This document shows positions 1-10,601 of a stretch of 25,097 nt of DNA, piece after piece. The notes under the pieces are model-generated. The model searched no databases. It was not told where the DNA came from and saw nothing but the letters and a program-made list of their open reading frames with translations. The translations under genes and the position numbers were made by a program. This stretch comes from Microcoleus sp. (lineage in GTDB: Bacteria > Cyanobacteriota > Cyanobacteriia > Cyanobacteriales > Microcoleaceae): positions 1 through 25,097 of the forward strand of contig JAYFMW010000025.1 of assembly GCA_042408215.1 (NCBI GenBank), written 5' to 3'. How positions within the stretch are numbered: position 1 is the stretch's first letter; each line of letters opens with the position of its first letter.

Positions 1-80
1 CCCATGCCCCATGCCCCATGCCCCATGCCCCATTCCCCATTCCCCATGCCCCATTCCCCATGCCCCATTCCCCATTCCCA
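1..80. repeat. Heptamer short tandem repeat (STRR), (CCCCATG/CCCCATT)n
   Basis: Tandem 7-mers read directly. They account for the spurious MPHAPFPIPH extension of ORF 18..491. Confidence 0.95.
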
Positions 81-86
81 ATTACT

Positions 87-491
87 ATGTCTCTTTCTCC
101 TTTGCCTCACAAAGTTATCGGCGTAGCTGTCATCTGGAACGAACAAGGACTAATTTTGATTGACAAGCGGCGTCAACACGGACTGCACGGGGGTTTCTGG
201 GAGTTTCCTGGGGGTAAAATAGAGGCTGGAGAAACGATCGAAGATTGTATTAAACGGGAAATTATGGAGGAGTTGGGGATTGCGATCGAAGTTGGCGATT
301 GGTTGATTGCGATCGAACATGACTACAGTAAGTTCACTGTTACGCTCAACGCTTATCACTGTCGCCATGTCAGCGGGGAACCGCAACCGATCGAATGCGA
401 TGAAATTCGCTGGGTGACACTGGACGAAATTGACCAATTTACCTTTCCAGAGGCAAACGAACAGATTATTGCTGCTTTGCGCAAACATTAA
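87..491 (+). CDS. mutT: NUDIX hydrolase, 8-oxo-dGTP diphosphatase MutT-like
   Basis: Nudix box GGKIEAGETIEDCIKREIMEELG, preceded by WEFP and followed by FPEAN. Start moved to the in-frame ATG at 87, after the STRR tract. Confidence 0.85.
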   Translation: MSLSPLPHKVIGVAVIWNEQGLILIDKRRQHGLHGGFWEFPGGKIEAGETIEDCIKREIMEELGIAIEVGDWLIAIEHDYSKFTVTLNAYHCRHVSGEPQPIECDEIRWVTLDEIDQFTFPEANEQIIAALRKH

Positions 492-495
492 ACTG

Positions 496-543
496 ACCAA
501 TTACCAATTACCAATTACCAATTACCAATTACCAATGACTAAT
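496..543. repeat. STRR (ACCAATT)n between convergent mutT and sasA
   Basis: About six tandem 7-mers. Confidence 0.9.
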
Positions 544-545
544 TT

Positions 546-1778
546 TTATTTTTGAACGGGTAGGGTAAAGTGAAAACAACTGCCTTGATCGGGTACGGAG
601 TCTACCCAAATTTGACCGTAGTGGGCGCGGATGATGCCCTGGCAAAGAGACAGTCCAATGCCGTAACCGTCTTTTGATTTGTCTCGCTGCAAGCGGAAGC
701 TGTCTTCAAAAATGCTTTGGCAATTTTCTTCAGGAATTCCCGGCCCGCTGTTGCCAATGCTGACTTGAACTTTGTAAGCAGTGCGGTGCAGCATGGAAAT
801 ACTCACAGTTCCTTGCTCTGGGGTATACTTGCTGGCGTTGTCGAGTAGGTTGGCAATCACTTGTTTGATGCGATCGGGATCGGCATAAACCAAGGGCAAA
901 TCTGTGGGAATGTCTGTTTCTAACTCCAAGCTTTTAGCCTGAAATTTGTCTTGAAACTGAAGGAGTACATCTTGACAAATCTCCCCCAGTTCGATTGTTT
1001 TTGGTTCAATGTGCAATTGGGCATTTGTACCCCGCGCTGCTTGTAGGATATCTGTGATCATGCGATCGACAATCCGAATTTGCCGCCTAGCTTGTTTCAT
1101 CAAATGAGTCGCCAGAGTCGGTGACAAACGTGGTGTTTCCCCATCTTTCACCTTCTGATTTGACTCCAAAGTTTCCAAAGCCAAAGAAGCGGCCGTCAAA
1201 GGATTGCGGAGGTCGTGAGCTAGCATGGCAATAATCCGGTCTTTCAACTGCAACTGCTCTTGCAGGTGTTCTTTTTCCTGTTTTAGCCGAAAAACTTCAT
1301 CGGAAAGTTGCACCAGTTCAACGGCGCAAGCAACCGAATAAATGGGTTTTACCTCTGGCTGGGTTTGAGAAAGAGTTAGCGCAGACTTCTGGGTTGCGTA
1401 TTCTTCTACCGACAACTGCCAGCGGGGCCACCAGTGTTCCAACTGGGCGCTCAAATTGCTGCCGGCGAGAGTTTGTCGCGGATCTGGATGAATTTTGAGC
1501 AGCGAGGGAGTGGCTAGGAGTTTAAAGTGTTCGGCTAAATCGGGCTGTTCCCCTACATCGATGATTTGAAGTTCAAAGTCCCACTCTGCCTTCAAATCCT
1601 TTAGGGATTTGCGGATGTGTCTGGTCTGTTCCCTGGAAGAGGGACGCTTGTCTACGAACAGCAGAAGTTGTAACACCGATTCGGAAGTCGCGGGCTGTTC
1701 AGGTGAACAGTCGGTGTCGTCACTATCGGTCAGATTTACGTTATTCAATTTGTCGATCGGGTGAAAATAATTGACCAT
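546..1778 (-). CDS. sasA: Circadian output histidine kinase SasA (KaiB-like sensor + HisKA + HATPase)
   Basis: KaiB-like N-domain (LLLFVD...[26 protein letters not shown]), H-box [10 protein letters not shown]-box [11 protein letters not shown]-boxes GPGIP and GYGIGL. The start codon is uncertain. Confidence 0.9.
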   Translation of the reverse strand: MVNYFHPIDKLNNVNLTDSDDTDCSPEQPATSESVLQLLLFVDKRPSSREQTRHIRKSLKDLKAEWDFELQIIDVGEQPDLAEHFKLLATPSLLKIHPDPRQTLAGSNLSAQLEHWWPRWQLSVEEYATQKSALTLSQTQPEVKPIYSVACAVELVQLSDEVFRLKQEKEHLQEQLQLKDRIIAMLAHDLRNPLTAASLALETLESNQKVKDGETPRLSPTLATHLMKQARRQIRIVDRMITDILQAARGTNAQLHIEPKTIELGEICQDVLLQFQDKFQAKSLELETDIPTDLPLVYADPDRIKQVIANLLDNASKYTPEQGTVSISMLHRTAYKVQVSIGNSGPGIPEENCQSIFEDSFRLQRDKSKDGYGIGLSLCQGIIRAHYGQIWVDSVPDQGSCFHFTLPVQK

Positions 1779-1867
1779 TGCCGAGCCGAGTTATTTCACT
1801 TCTACTTTAATTTAATATCTTCTTCACATTTATGCTATTCTCCCGATAATTTGATGAGGGCGGACGG

Positions 1868-3550
1868 ATGATATTTTTGAGCGGCCATAAAAATTCGTCA
1901 CTGAATGTGGTGATGAAGGTGGCGGCGGTTTTTTTTGTGCTGTGCCTATTGCTGACGCTGCACCGCTACTACAGCTTTTACGCCACTTACGACCAAGGCA
2001 TTTTCAATCAACTTTTTTGGAATGGTAGTCATGGTCGTTTGTTTGAGAGTTCTCTCTCTTCGGCTTTGTCCACTAATGTGGTTCACCAAAACCAGCTCCC
2101 AGAAGTAGATTACTACCGGTTGGGGCAGCATTTTACTCCGGCGCTGATGCTGTGGCTGCCAATTTACTCGCTGTTTCCCTCGCCTGTGACTTTAACGGTG
2201 TTGCAGGTGACTTTGATTACGGCGGCTGGTTTAGTGCTCTACCCTCTTGCTAGACACTATCTAGAGCCGCGGCTGTCGGCTGCAATTGTGGTCAGCTACT
2301 ATGGCGCTAATGCGGTAATTGGCCCGACTTTGGGCAATTTTCACGACAATTGTCAAATTCCGCTTTATGTTTTTAGCTTGCTGCTGGCGATGGAGAAGCG
2401 CTGGTGGCCGCTGTTTGGGATTCTCGCAACTTTAATTTTGGCGGTGCGGGAAGATGGGGGAGTTGTGTTATTTGGGGTGGGAGTTTACTTGATTTTGAGT
2501 CGGCGCTATCCTCGGACTGGCTGGGCTGTGTGCATTCTCAGTTTTGGTTATATGCTAGTTCTGACCAATCTGATTATGCCTTTATTTTCGGCTGATATAT
2601 CTCAGCGGTTTATGATGGAGCGCTTCGGCCAATATGCTGATGGAGATGAGGCTTCGACTCTGGAAATTATTTGGGGAATGGTGAGCAATCCTGGGCGGTT
2701 GGTTGAACAATTATTTACGCCGTTTTTTGGTAAGATCAAATACCTGCTTGGCCAGTGGTTGCCATTAGCTTTGGTTCCTGCTTTCGCCCCTGCGTCTTGG
2801 ACGATCGCTGGATTCCCCCTGCTGAAGCTATTTTTAGCTAAAGGAGAGTCGGTGCTGGCGATTAATATTCGGTATGCGATGACTGTGGTTCCAGGACTTT
2901 TTTACGGGGCGATCCTATGGTGGGCCGATCGCCAAAAGGAAGAAGATAAAATTAGGAGGGGAGAACAAACAATCTTGCGTTTTCCTTCTGCGATGTTTCC
3001 TTTCCCTTCCTCTGCAAAATTTCGCCGATTTTGGACGTTTTGTATCTGCTTGTCGCTATTTTTTACCTTCACGTCTAACCCAAATCGGACTTTTTCGTTC
3101 ATTTTGCCAGATGCGATCGAACCTTGGGTTCAGGTTCCTCCGATCAGACAATGGCAACACGTATTTCAGGTGCGGCCTCTGTTGGCTCAAATTCCTGCCG
3201 ATGCTAGCGTGGCTGCAACTAACACGATTGTGCCAATTTTGTCAAGCCGCCGGGAAATTCTCAGGTTTCCGATGTTGGAATTGCGTAATGATGCCAGGGA
3301 GACGGTGAAGATGGAATATGTAATTGCTGATCTGTGGCAGTTGCAGCAGTATCAGGTGGCGTTTCGCGCGGAACGGGGACAGTTGCAGGCGATCGTCCCG
3401 CAGATCGATCGAATGTCGAGTTCGGGAGAGTATGGAATTATTGACTTTCAAGATGGCGCGATTTTGATGCGGAAGGGTGCTGCTTCTAACTCTGCATCGA
3501 CTGCTGCTTGGGCGAGTTTTCGACACCAATTGGAGCCGATTTTGAAGTAA
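1868..3550 (+). CDS. DUF2079-like polytopic membrane protein (GT-C-like)
   Basis: 560 aa with many hydrophobic segments. Motifs YDQGIFNQ, LGQHFTP, NFHD and REDG, plus RYA near the C-terminal third. Confidence 0.7.
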   Translation: MIFLSGHKNSSLNVVMKVAAVFFVLCLLLTLHRYYSFYATYDQGIFNQLFWNGSHGRLFESSLSSALSTNVVHQNQLPEVDYYRLGQHFTPALMLWLPIYSLFPSPVTLTVLQVTLITAAGLVLYPLARHYLEPRLSAAIVVSYYGANAVIGPTLGNFHDNCQIPLYVFSLLLAMEKRWWPLFGILATLILAVREDGGVVLFGVGVYLILSRRYPRTGWAVCILSFGYMLVLTNLIMPLFSADISQRFMMERFGQYADGDEASTLEIIWGMVSNPGRLVEQLFTPFFGKIKYLLGQWLPLALVPAFAPASWTIAGFPLLKLFLAKGESVLAINIRYAMTVVPGLFYGAILWWADRQKEEDKIRRGEQTILRFPSAMFPFPSSAKFRRFWTFCICLSLFFTFTSNPNRTFSFILPDAIEPWVQVPPIRQWQHVFQVRPLLAQIPADASVAATNTIVPILSSRREILRFPMLELRNDARETVKMEYVIADLWQLQQYQVAFRAERGQLQAIVPQIDRMSSSGEYGIIDFQDGAILMRKGAASNSASTAAWASFRHQLEPILK

Positions 3551-3594
3551 GCGGGTACGGCGATCGCCCTGGGTATCGTCCCACAAATATTCAG

Positions 3595-3664
3595 GAAACC
3601 GGGTTTGTTCACGCCCGGGCGATCGATCGAGGGCGACCTATTTTTCTGCAACAAACCCGGTTTC
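3595..3664. repeat. Intergenic inverted repeat (GAAACCGGGTTTGTT ... AACAAACCCGGTTTC)
   Basis: Perfect 15-bp arms at 3595-3609 and 3650-3664. Confidence 0.8.
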
Positions 3665-3808
3665 TGCACTATTCCTAGTCCTTGTTGTGGCCCCAAATCA
3701 GCCCTTGGGCGTAAAATTCCCTTCCATCAAAATTTCAGGTTGTTTATTATACAATAAAGTGGTCAATCGTAAACATTAAGATATGTAAAATGTTGGGAGC
3801 GGAAAAAG

Positions 3809-4996
3809 ATGAAAATTTTGGTATTGGCATGGGAGTTTCCTCCCAGAATAGTGGGGGGTATCGCCCGCCACGTATCGGAACTGTATCCAGAATTGGTGAA
3901 GCTGGGTCACTCCATTCACTTAATTACAGTAGAATTCGGTCATGCGCCGATGTACGAAGTGGTGGAAGGAATACAGGTACATCGGGTGGTGGTGAGGCAC
4001 GCCCGGGACTTTTTCCACTGGGTGGCAAACCTCAACAGCAGTATGGGTCATCACGGTGGCAAACTAATACTGGAGGAAGGGCCGTTTGATATGATCCACG
4101 CTCATGATTGGTTGGTAGGAGATGCTGCGATCGCCCTCAAGCATACTTTTAAAATACCGCTAATTGTCACCATACACGCCACCGAATACGGGCGCTATAA
4201 CGGCCTCCACAATGACGGACAGCGCTACATAAACGGCAAAGAAAACGACCTCGCTTACAACGCTTGGCGGGTGATTGTTTGTAGCGATTATATGCGACGA
4301 GAAGCCGAACGGGTATTAGCGACTCCTTGGAACAAAATAGAGGTAATTTACAACGGAATTAGATCTGATAAAAAGCCCCGCTGGCATGAATTTGACGCTA
4401 TAAATTTCCGTAGACTATTTGCGGCTGACCATGAAAAAATAGTCTATTATGTGGGTAGAATTAGTTATGAAAAGGGTATTTCTGTATTCCTGAATGCGGC
4501 ACCTAAAGTAATTTGGGAAATGGGGGGAAACGCCAAAATTGTAATTGTTGGTGGCGGCAATACAGACCATCTCAAACATCTAGCTTGGAATTTAGGAATT
4601 TGGAACAAGTGTTATTTTACGGGTTTCATGTTTGAGGATCATCTCGACAAATTCCAGACTGTCGCTGACTGTGCTGTTTTTCCCAGTCTTTACGAACCTT
4701 TTGGGATTGTAGCATTAGAAAGTTTTGCTGCAAGGGTACCTGTAGTGGTTTCGGATGCGGGTGGGCTTCCTGAAGTGGTACAACATACTAAAACTGGGGT
4801 TGTTACTCAGGCTAATAACTGCGCTTCTTTGGCTTCGGGGATTTTGGAGGTGTTGAAAAATCCTGGTTACGGGCGGTGGTTGGTTGATAATGCTTATCAA
4901 GATTTAGAACGTCGATTTAGCTGGCAGAAATTGGCGACGGAAACCGAGTGGGTTTATCAGCGGGTGGCGGAGGAAAGATCCCAGGTTGATTGGTAA
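3809..4996 (+). CDS. Glycosyltransferase family 4 (GT-B fold)
   Basis: WEFPPRIVGGIARHV, IHAHDW, VGRISYEKG, and PSLYEPFGIVALES (E-x7-E motif). Confidence 0.92.
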   Translation: MKILVLAWEFPPRIVGGIARHVSELYPELVKLGHSIHLITVEFGHAPMYEVVEGIQVHRVVVRHARDFFHWVANLNSSMGHHGGKLILEEGPFDMIHAHDWLVGDAAIALKHTFKIPLIVTIHATEYGRYNGLHNDGQRYINGKENDLAYNAWRVIVCSDYMRREAERVLATPWNKIEVIYNGIRSDKKPRWHEFDAINFRRLFAADHEKIVYYVGRISYEKGISVFLNAAPKVIWEMGGNAKIVIVGGGNTDHLKHLAWNLGIWNKCYFTGFMFEDHLDKFQTVADCAVFPSLYEPFGIVALESFAARVPVVVSDAGGLPEVVQHTKTGVVTQANNCASLASGILEVLKNPGYGRWLVDNAYQDLERRFSWQKLATETEWVYQRVAEERSQVDW

Positions 4997-5026
4997 TATC
5001 AAGTCCAGTAAATTACTTATGAAATT

Positions 5027-5272
5027 TTTACGGGCATGGGGCATGGGGCATGGGGCATGGGTTATTGGTTATTGGTTATTAGAGCGAACAAATAACTAAT
5101 GACTAATGACTAATGACCAATGACTAATGACTTCTTCTATAGCGTTTACGGGCCTAGGGCATGGGGCATGGGGCATGGGGCATGGGTTATTGGTTATTGG
5201 TTATTAGAGCGAACAAATAACTAATGACTAATGACTAATGACCAATGACTAATGACTTCTTCTATAGCGTTT
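5027..5272. repeat. Twice-repeated composite STRR block (GGGGCAT / GGTTATT / ACTAATG tracts)
   Basis: A block of about 120-126 bp ending in CTTCTTCTATAGCGTTT occurs twice in tandem. Confidence 0.9.
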
Positions 5273-5367
5273 TTTAGTTGCAAGTCTTAAAGAATTGTAA
5301 CACAATGATCTGGATACACTCGACAGACGCTTGAGTTCACTCCGAAGATTTAACAGGAATTAGCATC

Positions 5368-6609
5368 TTGAGTATTTTTAGCGACATCGAACCCCAACGC
5401 AGACGCAGTTTATTGACTTTATTCACCACAGGCTTGCTATTCTGGTCGAGTTTGGCTTCACTGCTGCCAACTTTGCCGTTGTACGTCCAAGATGTGGGTG
5501 GTACAAAACAGCAAATTGGCTTTGTGATGGGTGCATTTGCGATCGGGCTTTTGCTGTCGAGGGCGCAGTTGGGCAAAATGGCCGATAGCAGAGGTCGAAA
5601 ACAAGTTTTGCTTTTAGGTGTGTTGGTAGCTGCGATCGCGCCGCTGGGCTACCTATTCGCTAAATCTATCCCTTTACTGTTATTGATCCGGGCTTTTCAC
5701 GGCATTAGCATCGCCGCTTTCACCACAGCTTACAGCGCTTTAGTCACAGATTTATCCCCGCCAGAAAAGCGGGGCGAATTAATCGGTTACATGAGTTTAG
5801 TAAGTCCAATCGGGATGGCATTTGGTCCGGCTATGGGCGGATTTGTGCAAGCTTGGTTCGGTTACACTCCTTTGTTTGCGATGTCTGCATCTTTCGCTAC
5901 AATGGCTGTGTTTTCGACATTACAAGTTACGGAACCGCATTTTGCGGAATTAGCAAAAACCGCATCTTTATCTCAGGACAAAACCAGCAAAAATTATTGG
6001 CAAATGCTGTGGAATCCCCGCGTGCGGATTCCGGCTTTAGTCTTATTATTGGTAGGTTTAGTCTTCGGGACTTTGATCACTTTTATGCCTTTGTTCGTGC
6101 AGGAAACTAAGGCTAATTTCAATGCTGGATTGTTTTATTCAACGGCGGCAATTGCCAGTTTCGGGATGCGATTAGTCACGGGGCGGGCTTCCGATCAATA
6201 CGGGCGCGGCTTGTTTATTAGCGGCGGATTAATCTTTTATGCCTTGTCTATGTTATTGTTGTACTGCGCTAACAGTACCAGTGCTTTTTTAATAGCAGCT
6301 TTGTTAGAAGGTGTCGCCAGTGGTACTGTTTTGCCGATGATGGTAACGCTGATGTCCGACAGGTGCGAACCTCAAGAAAGGGGTAGATTATTTTCGCTTT
6401 GTATTGGCGGATTTGACTTGGGAATTGCGCTGGCTGGGCCGACTTTAGGCTTTGTTGCTGAACAAGTTGGCTACAGAAATATGTTTGGCTTGGCCGCCGG
6501 ACTTGCTGGCTTGGCCTTGCTGATATTTATTACCCAGTCTAGCAAAGATTTGTCTCATTCGATGAAGTTTGCGATCGGTCAAGGCAAAGATGTCTACGCT
6601 TTAAAATAA
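5368..6609 (+). CDS. Major facilitator superfamily transporter
   Basis: 413 aa with about 12 hydrophobic segments. MFS motif A appears twice (GKMADSRGRK and GRASDQYGR). TTG start. Confidence 0.92.
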   Translation: MSIFSDIEPQRRRSLLTLFTTGLLFWSSLASLLPTLPLYVQDVGGTKQQIGFVMGAFAIGLLLSRAQLGKMADSRGRKQVLLLGVLVAAIAPLGYLFAKSIPLLLLIRAFHGISIAAFTTAYSALVTDLSPPEKRGELIGYMSLVSPIGMAFGPAMGGFVQAWFGYTPLFAMSASFATMAVFSTLQVTEPHFAELAKTASLSQDKTSKNYWQMLWNPRVRIPALVLLLVGLVFGTLITFMPLFVQETKANFNAGLFYSTAAIASFGMRLVTGRASDQYGRGLFISGGLIFYALSMLLLYCANSTSAFLIAALLEGVASGTVLPMMVTLMSDRCEPQERGRLFSLCIGGFDLGIALAGPTLGFVAEQVGYRNMFGLAAGLAGLALLIFITQSSKDLSHSMKFAIGQGKDVYALK

Positions 6610-6650
6610 GCTATAAGTTTTGAGTTGCATAAAATTCTCAGTCATCAAGT

Positions 6651-7448
6651 TTAGTTTGAGTTAAAAATAATTTGTTGAAGATATTGCCGAGTTTTACCGT
6701 CGATTATCTCTTTCCCAATACTGGGTTTGCTGACATTCACTCGGACAAAATCGATACCGTCTTTTTCAGTAAATTTGCGATCGCCGTCGGAGTCTTTTCT
6801 AATCGTGATAAAAAGCCCGCCACTTTTTTCATCAAATACCCAGCTTACTAATTGAGTATTGGGCGGAGTTATTGCCTGAAGCGATTGGCCGGCTAAGTTA
6901 GATAAATATCCAACGATCGCGTCTGCACCGTCAAGTTTGCCATCAGCATTTGTGTCGCTATCTATGATGTGAAACAACAGCAATTGATTCTGAGGCTTAC
7001 TGGAGAATTTTTTTGAGGAATCTTGCTTGGGTTGATTTGTTGGTACATTTTGATTATTTTGATTTTCTGGCTTTTTTTTGTGCGACAAATATTCAAATTT
7101 AGATATTAACGCTTTTTTGTTTAATAGAATATTAGATTCTCCGCTAGTTTTATTATAGAAAATCATATTGTAACCAACCATACGGCTGCCCCTTGAGTCT
7201 CCATAAAAACTTAATTTTGATGAGATAGGATTGTGTCCAGATTCTTTTTCATGGCCAGATAGGGTAACTGGAATCATAATATATTCTGATTCAGGGTCAA
7301 CGATCAAATCACCGTAAGCAATCTGTGGCTGTGGCTTTTCTGCTACCTTCTGTGCTTGAGTTACTGTCCTAGTTGATCTGCATGATAGGGTAATAGCAAT
7401 TAGGGCAAATACGGTAGCCACTTTGCGGAAAATCTGATGAGTTATCAT
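6651..7448 (-). CDS. Putative lipoprotein with DxDxDG-like Ca-binding loops
   Basis: Basic then hydrophobic leader ending ITLSC (lipobox-like). Loops DTNADGKLD and DSDGDRKFT. Confidence 0.6.
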   Translation of the reverse strand: MITHQIFRKVATVFALIAITLSCRSTRTVTQAQKVAEKPQPQIAYGDLIVDPESEYIMIPVTLSGHEKESGHNPISSKLSFYGDSRGSRMVGYNMIFYNKTSGESNILLNKKALISKFEYLSHKKKPENQNNQNVPTNQPKQDSSKKFSSKPQNQLLLFHIIDSDTNADGKLDGADAIVGYLSNLAGQSLQAITPPNTQLVSWVFDEKSGGLFITIRKDSDGDRKFTEKDGIDFVRVNVSKPSIGKEIIDGKTRQYLQQIIFNSN

Positions 7449-7507
7449 GACTGTTTACACCTGAAATAGATAGTTATACTAATTCTCAAAACTCATGAAA
7501 CAGTAGC

Positions 7508-7698
7508 TGTATGGTGCGTCGCCATCTACAATCCTCAAAAAAGCGATAATCTCGCAGAGCCGCACCTTACAAAATATTTAGGCAACACCCCTCCGTTGCA
7601 CTTCACCCAATACTCATGATCGATCGAACATCATATAAGGTGCGTCATATCCAAAACCCTCGATAAATTCTAGAGTGAAAGTCTGACGCACCCTACAA
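7508..7698. repeat. Two REP-like palindromes (GGTGCGTC ... GACGCACCCTAC type)
   Basis: GTATGGTGCGTC...GCCGCACCTTAC and AAGGTGCGTCA...TGACGCACCCTAC form imperfect inverted pairs. Confidence 0.6.
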
Positions 7699-7715
7699 CT
7701 GGTAAAAAACAACTT

Positions 7716-9038
7716 CTAACCCAGGAACTCGCGCGGATCGGTGACGTGCCCAGTCAATGCAGAAGCCGCCGCCGTATAAGGCGAAGCGAGATAAACTTGG
7801 GATTGTTTATTCCCCATCCGACCGGGGAAATTGCGGTTGGTTGTAGACACGCAAATTTCCGGTTCATTCATCCGCCCAAAAGTATCTTTTGGCCCGCCCA
7901 AACAAGCGGCGCAAGAAGGTGCGGCGGGTTCGATGCAGCCGGCAGCTAAGAAGATTTCTGACAGGGTTTTACCGTCGTATTTTGTGACAAATAAATCTTC
8001 GTAAACTTTCTGAGTTGCTGGTACTAAATACGTCGGAACTTTGACTTGATTTCCCTTGAGAATTCGGGCTGCATTCAGAAAGTCGGAGGTTTTGCCGCCG
8101 GTGCAGGAACCGATGTACACTCGATCGATCTTGACATCGCGGCAATTGCGGGCTAGGTCGCGGTTGTCGGGGGAATGGGGTTTGGCTACGACTGGTTCTA
8201 GTTTGGTGACATCGTAGGTGCGATCGCTATAAAACTTAGCATCCTCATCGGTGTAAAATGCCTCAAACGGCACATCAGTCCGAGAAGTAACGTAATCAAA
8301 CGTAGTTTTGTCCGGCGCAACCGTGCCGTTTTTACCGCCAGCTTCGATTACCATGTTGCACAGCGTCATCCGTTCTTCCATTGTCAAACGTTCCACTGTA
8401 TCGCCGGCAAATTCCATCGATCGATAGTTAGCACCGGCAACGCTGATATCACCTATAATTTGTAAAATCAGGTCTTTTGCTAACAAATAATCGGGTAATT
8501 CGCCGTTGATCACAAAGCGCATCGTGGCTGGAACTTTAATCAACAATTTGCCGGTTCCCATGATAAAAGCCGCGTCTGTATTGCCGATACCGGTCGCAAA
8601 TTGTCCGAAAGCGCCGGCATTGCAGGTGTGGGAATCTGTGCCAAATAGCACTTCGCCCGGTCTGGTGTGGCCTTCTTGGGCTAGGGCGATGTGACAAACT
8701 CCTTTGTAGTCGGGGTTTGCTTTGAAGTTCGATCGATCCGTGATGTCGTAAAAGTATTTTATCCCTTGTTCCTGTGCAAAATCCCGCAGAATATCGACGT
8801 TGCGGTTCGCGCGTTCGTCGTTGGTGAAAATGTAGTGATCGGGAATTAGGACGATTTTTTCTGAATTCCAGACTTTAGCATTTTCGCCGAATTCCCGTTT
8901 GAAAACGCCGATGGTGCCTGGCCCGCAGACATCGTGGGTCATCAATACGTCTGTTTCCACCCAGATGTTTTCTCCGGGCTCAACTTTAGTGCGGCCAGAT
9001 GCTTTGGCCAAGATTTTTTCGGTGATGGTCATTCCCAT
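7716..9038 (-). CDS. leuC: 3-isopropylmalate dehydratase large subunit (aconitase family, LeuC/HacA type)
   Basis: MTITEKIL, PDH, GVCH, GTDSHTC, IGSCTGG, CAACLG, STTNRNFPGRMG and YLASP. No leuD gene in the window. Confidence 0.9.
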   Translation of the reverse strand: MGMTITEKILAKASGRTKVEPGENIWVETDVLMTHDVCGPGTIGVFKREFGENAKVWNSEKIVLIPDHYIFTNDERANRNVDILRDFAQEQGIKYFYDITDRSNFKANPDYKGVCHIALAQEGHTRPGEVLFGTDSHTCNAGAFGQFATGIGNTDAAFIMGTGKLLIKVPATMRFVINGELPDYLLAKDLILQIIGDISVAGANYRSMEFAGDTVERLTMEERMTLCNMVIEAGGKNGTVAPDKTTFDYVTSRTDVPFEAFYTDEDAKFYSDRTYDVTKLEPVVAKPHSPDNRDLARNCRDVKIDRVYIGSCTGGKTSDFLNAARILKGNQVKVPTYLVPATQKVYEDLFVTKYDGKTLSEIFLAAGCIEPAAPSCAACLGGPKDTFGRMNEPEICVSTTNRNFPGRMGNKQSQVYLASPYTAAASALTGHVTDPREFLG

Positions 9039-9212
9039 AGTGCGATCGCTCTTTTTGGTTAGATGCTACAAGTGTATTGTAAGCGAAATATTCCCTGTTA
9101 CCGAGGATACAGAGATAGGGATAATGTTTCGGATCGCTTGTTTCAACTTAAAACTAAAACCCACAAGGGTCATATTCAACGATGTTTGACACAGAAATTC
9201 TCAGCATAATAC

Positions 9213-9280
9213 ATAGGCCGGGGCGGGTTTTTGAGATTGTCGGTTTTTGGCCAATATTGTTGGTTAACCCGCCCCTACAG
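9213..9280. repeat. REP-like palindrome (GGGGCGGGTT ... AACCCGCCCC-TAC)
   Basis: Inverted 10-bp GC-rich arms upstream of leuC. Confidence 0.65.
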
Positions 9281-9398
9281 GAATCACGAGCGATCGGACA
9301 TGATATTAGTCGTTAACGAAGCCCGCCTTCGCGGATTGAGAGATTTTTAATAAAATTGTAGCAAGTTGATTTCAAAAGTTGCCTATTATGATGTTCGA

Positions 9399-9782
9399 TC
9401 AAACCTTTACCAATGGTGCAAACTCCTCTAACTTCACTTGTAGGTCGTCCACGAGCATTAAACGATAGTTTTCTGTAGCTTTCAATTTTTGGAAAACATA
9501 ACTAGCAAAATCATCACGCCACTTTTTTCTATCAAGTTCATTCGAGATATTCAGCGCTCTGATTGATAGGTTATAAGGGTATTCTTCAAATTTGATATCT
9601 CGATCGTTTTCAAAATCATGCTTTCCTATAGTAAGAGTGATTGTTGAGTGCCGAAACTCATGCCAGTTATCAGTACCATCAGAAACAAGCTCAAATTTTA
9701 GAGCCAATATCAACTCTAATTCTTTGATTAAATGTTCGATTTCCTGGGGAAAGTCTACAAAAATATCTAGTGTGCGAGACAT
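9399..9782 (-). CDS. Acidic 127-aa hypothetical protein, putative immunity protein/antitoxin
   Basis: AAGGAGG RBS overlaps the upstream gene's TGA and precedes the ATG at 9782 (MSRTLDIF). D/E-rich. Function inferred from position only. Confidence 0.55.
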   Translation of the reverse strand: MSRTLDIFVDFPQEIEHLIKELELILALKFELVSDGTDNWHEFRHSTITLTIGKHDFENDRDIKFEEYPYNLSIRALNISNELDRKKWRDDFASYVFQKLKATENYRLMLVDDLQVKLEEFAPLVKV

Positions 9783-9793
9783 AAAAACCTCCT

Positions 9794-10231
9794 TCATTGA
9801 AAATCAGTAGAAGTGATGTCATAGCTATCGCCAATAATTCGGACGCTATCAATTTTTCCGCGTGTAATATTTTTCGCCCTCTGCAAACCTCGTTCAGCCT
9901 CAGCCTCTATCAACCCAGACACCCTAGCATCTATAATTATATCCCTAGCTTGTCCCCCTCGTCTAATCGAGTTGTTGATCTGATTTTTCACTGTCGCGCT
10001 TGTAGCACCGGCATCCAGACTTTTGAATTCAATGCGTTTTCCATCTACCTCAGCATCGGGATTTCTACCTCCATCGGTTTTTTCCACCAAGGCTTTAACA
10101 TTCTTTCCCTCTCTTTCTAGAAATTCAGCAATCGCTCTTTCGTTTGCACCAAAAGCTCTTTCTGATTCATCAATACTGCCACAATTAGCCGAATTTTGCT
10201 TAGGGGTTTGGTTAGTCCCGTTATTCACCAT
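9794..10231 (-). CDS. Stand-alone CdiA C-terminal-like (PD-(D/E)xK fold, tRNase-type) toxin domain
   Basis: E...NPDAEVDGKRIEFKS fits PD-(D/E)xK. The downstream GQARDIIIDAR..GL..A.RGL..VRIIG pattern resembles CdiA_C-type nucleases. Confidence 0.65.
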   Translation of the reverse strand: MVNNGTNQTPKQNSANCGSIDESERAFGANERAIAEFLEREGKNVKALVEKTDGGRNPDAEVDGKRIEFKSLDAGATSATVKNQINNSIRRGGQARDIIIDARVSGLIEAEAERGLQRAKNITRGKIDSVRIIGDSYDITSTDFQ

Positions 10232-10601
10232 TTTTGGTTATTTAAAATTTTGGTGAATTATCGCACATTATGAGCCAAGTCACTTGAGAAAAAGAACCGG
10301 GTTTCTCACTTAGTCAATACAATGATTCCTCTCCCATCAGGTTCTACTATTACCTTAATATTAACACTATCTCTAGTTCCTTCAATCTGCCATCTTACGG
10401 GCTTACCAGCAAAGAAGTTACTTAAACTTTTAGCAAAGACTTAAGATAAGGATAAACTCTGAAACAATAAATTCTCTTTGATTTTCTGACAATTAATGGC
10501 ACTTTTGCAAGAACCCTGCTATTAATATTATGGCTGGTAAAGACGATGATTTTATCCCATAATCATTGTAAAATTAAGTTGGCATTGAGAATACATTGAT
10601 G

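Noticed and set aside
18..86. Pro/His-rich N-terminal extension of MutT
   Set aside because: Read-through of an STRR tract; the ATG at 87 gives a normal-length protein.
7716..9038. leuC without an adjacent leuD
   Set aside because: Dispersed leu genes are common in cyanobacteria.
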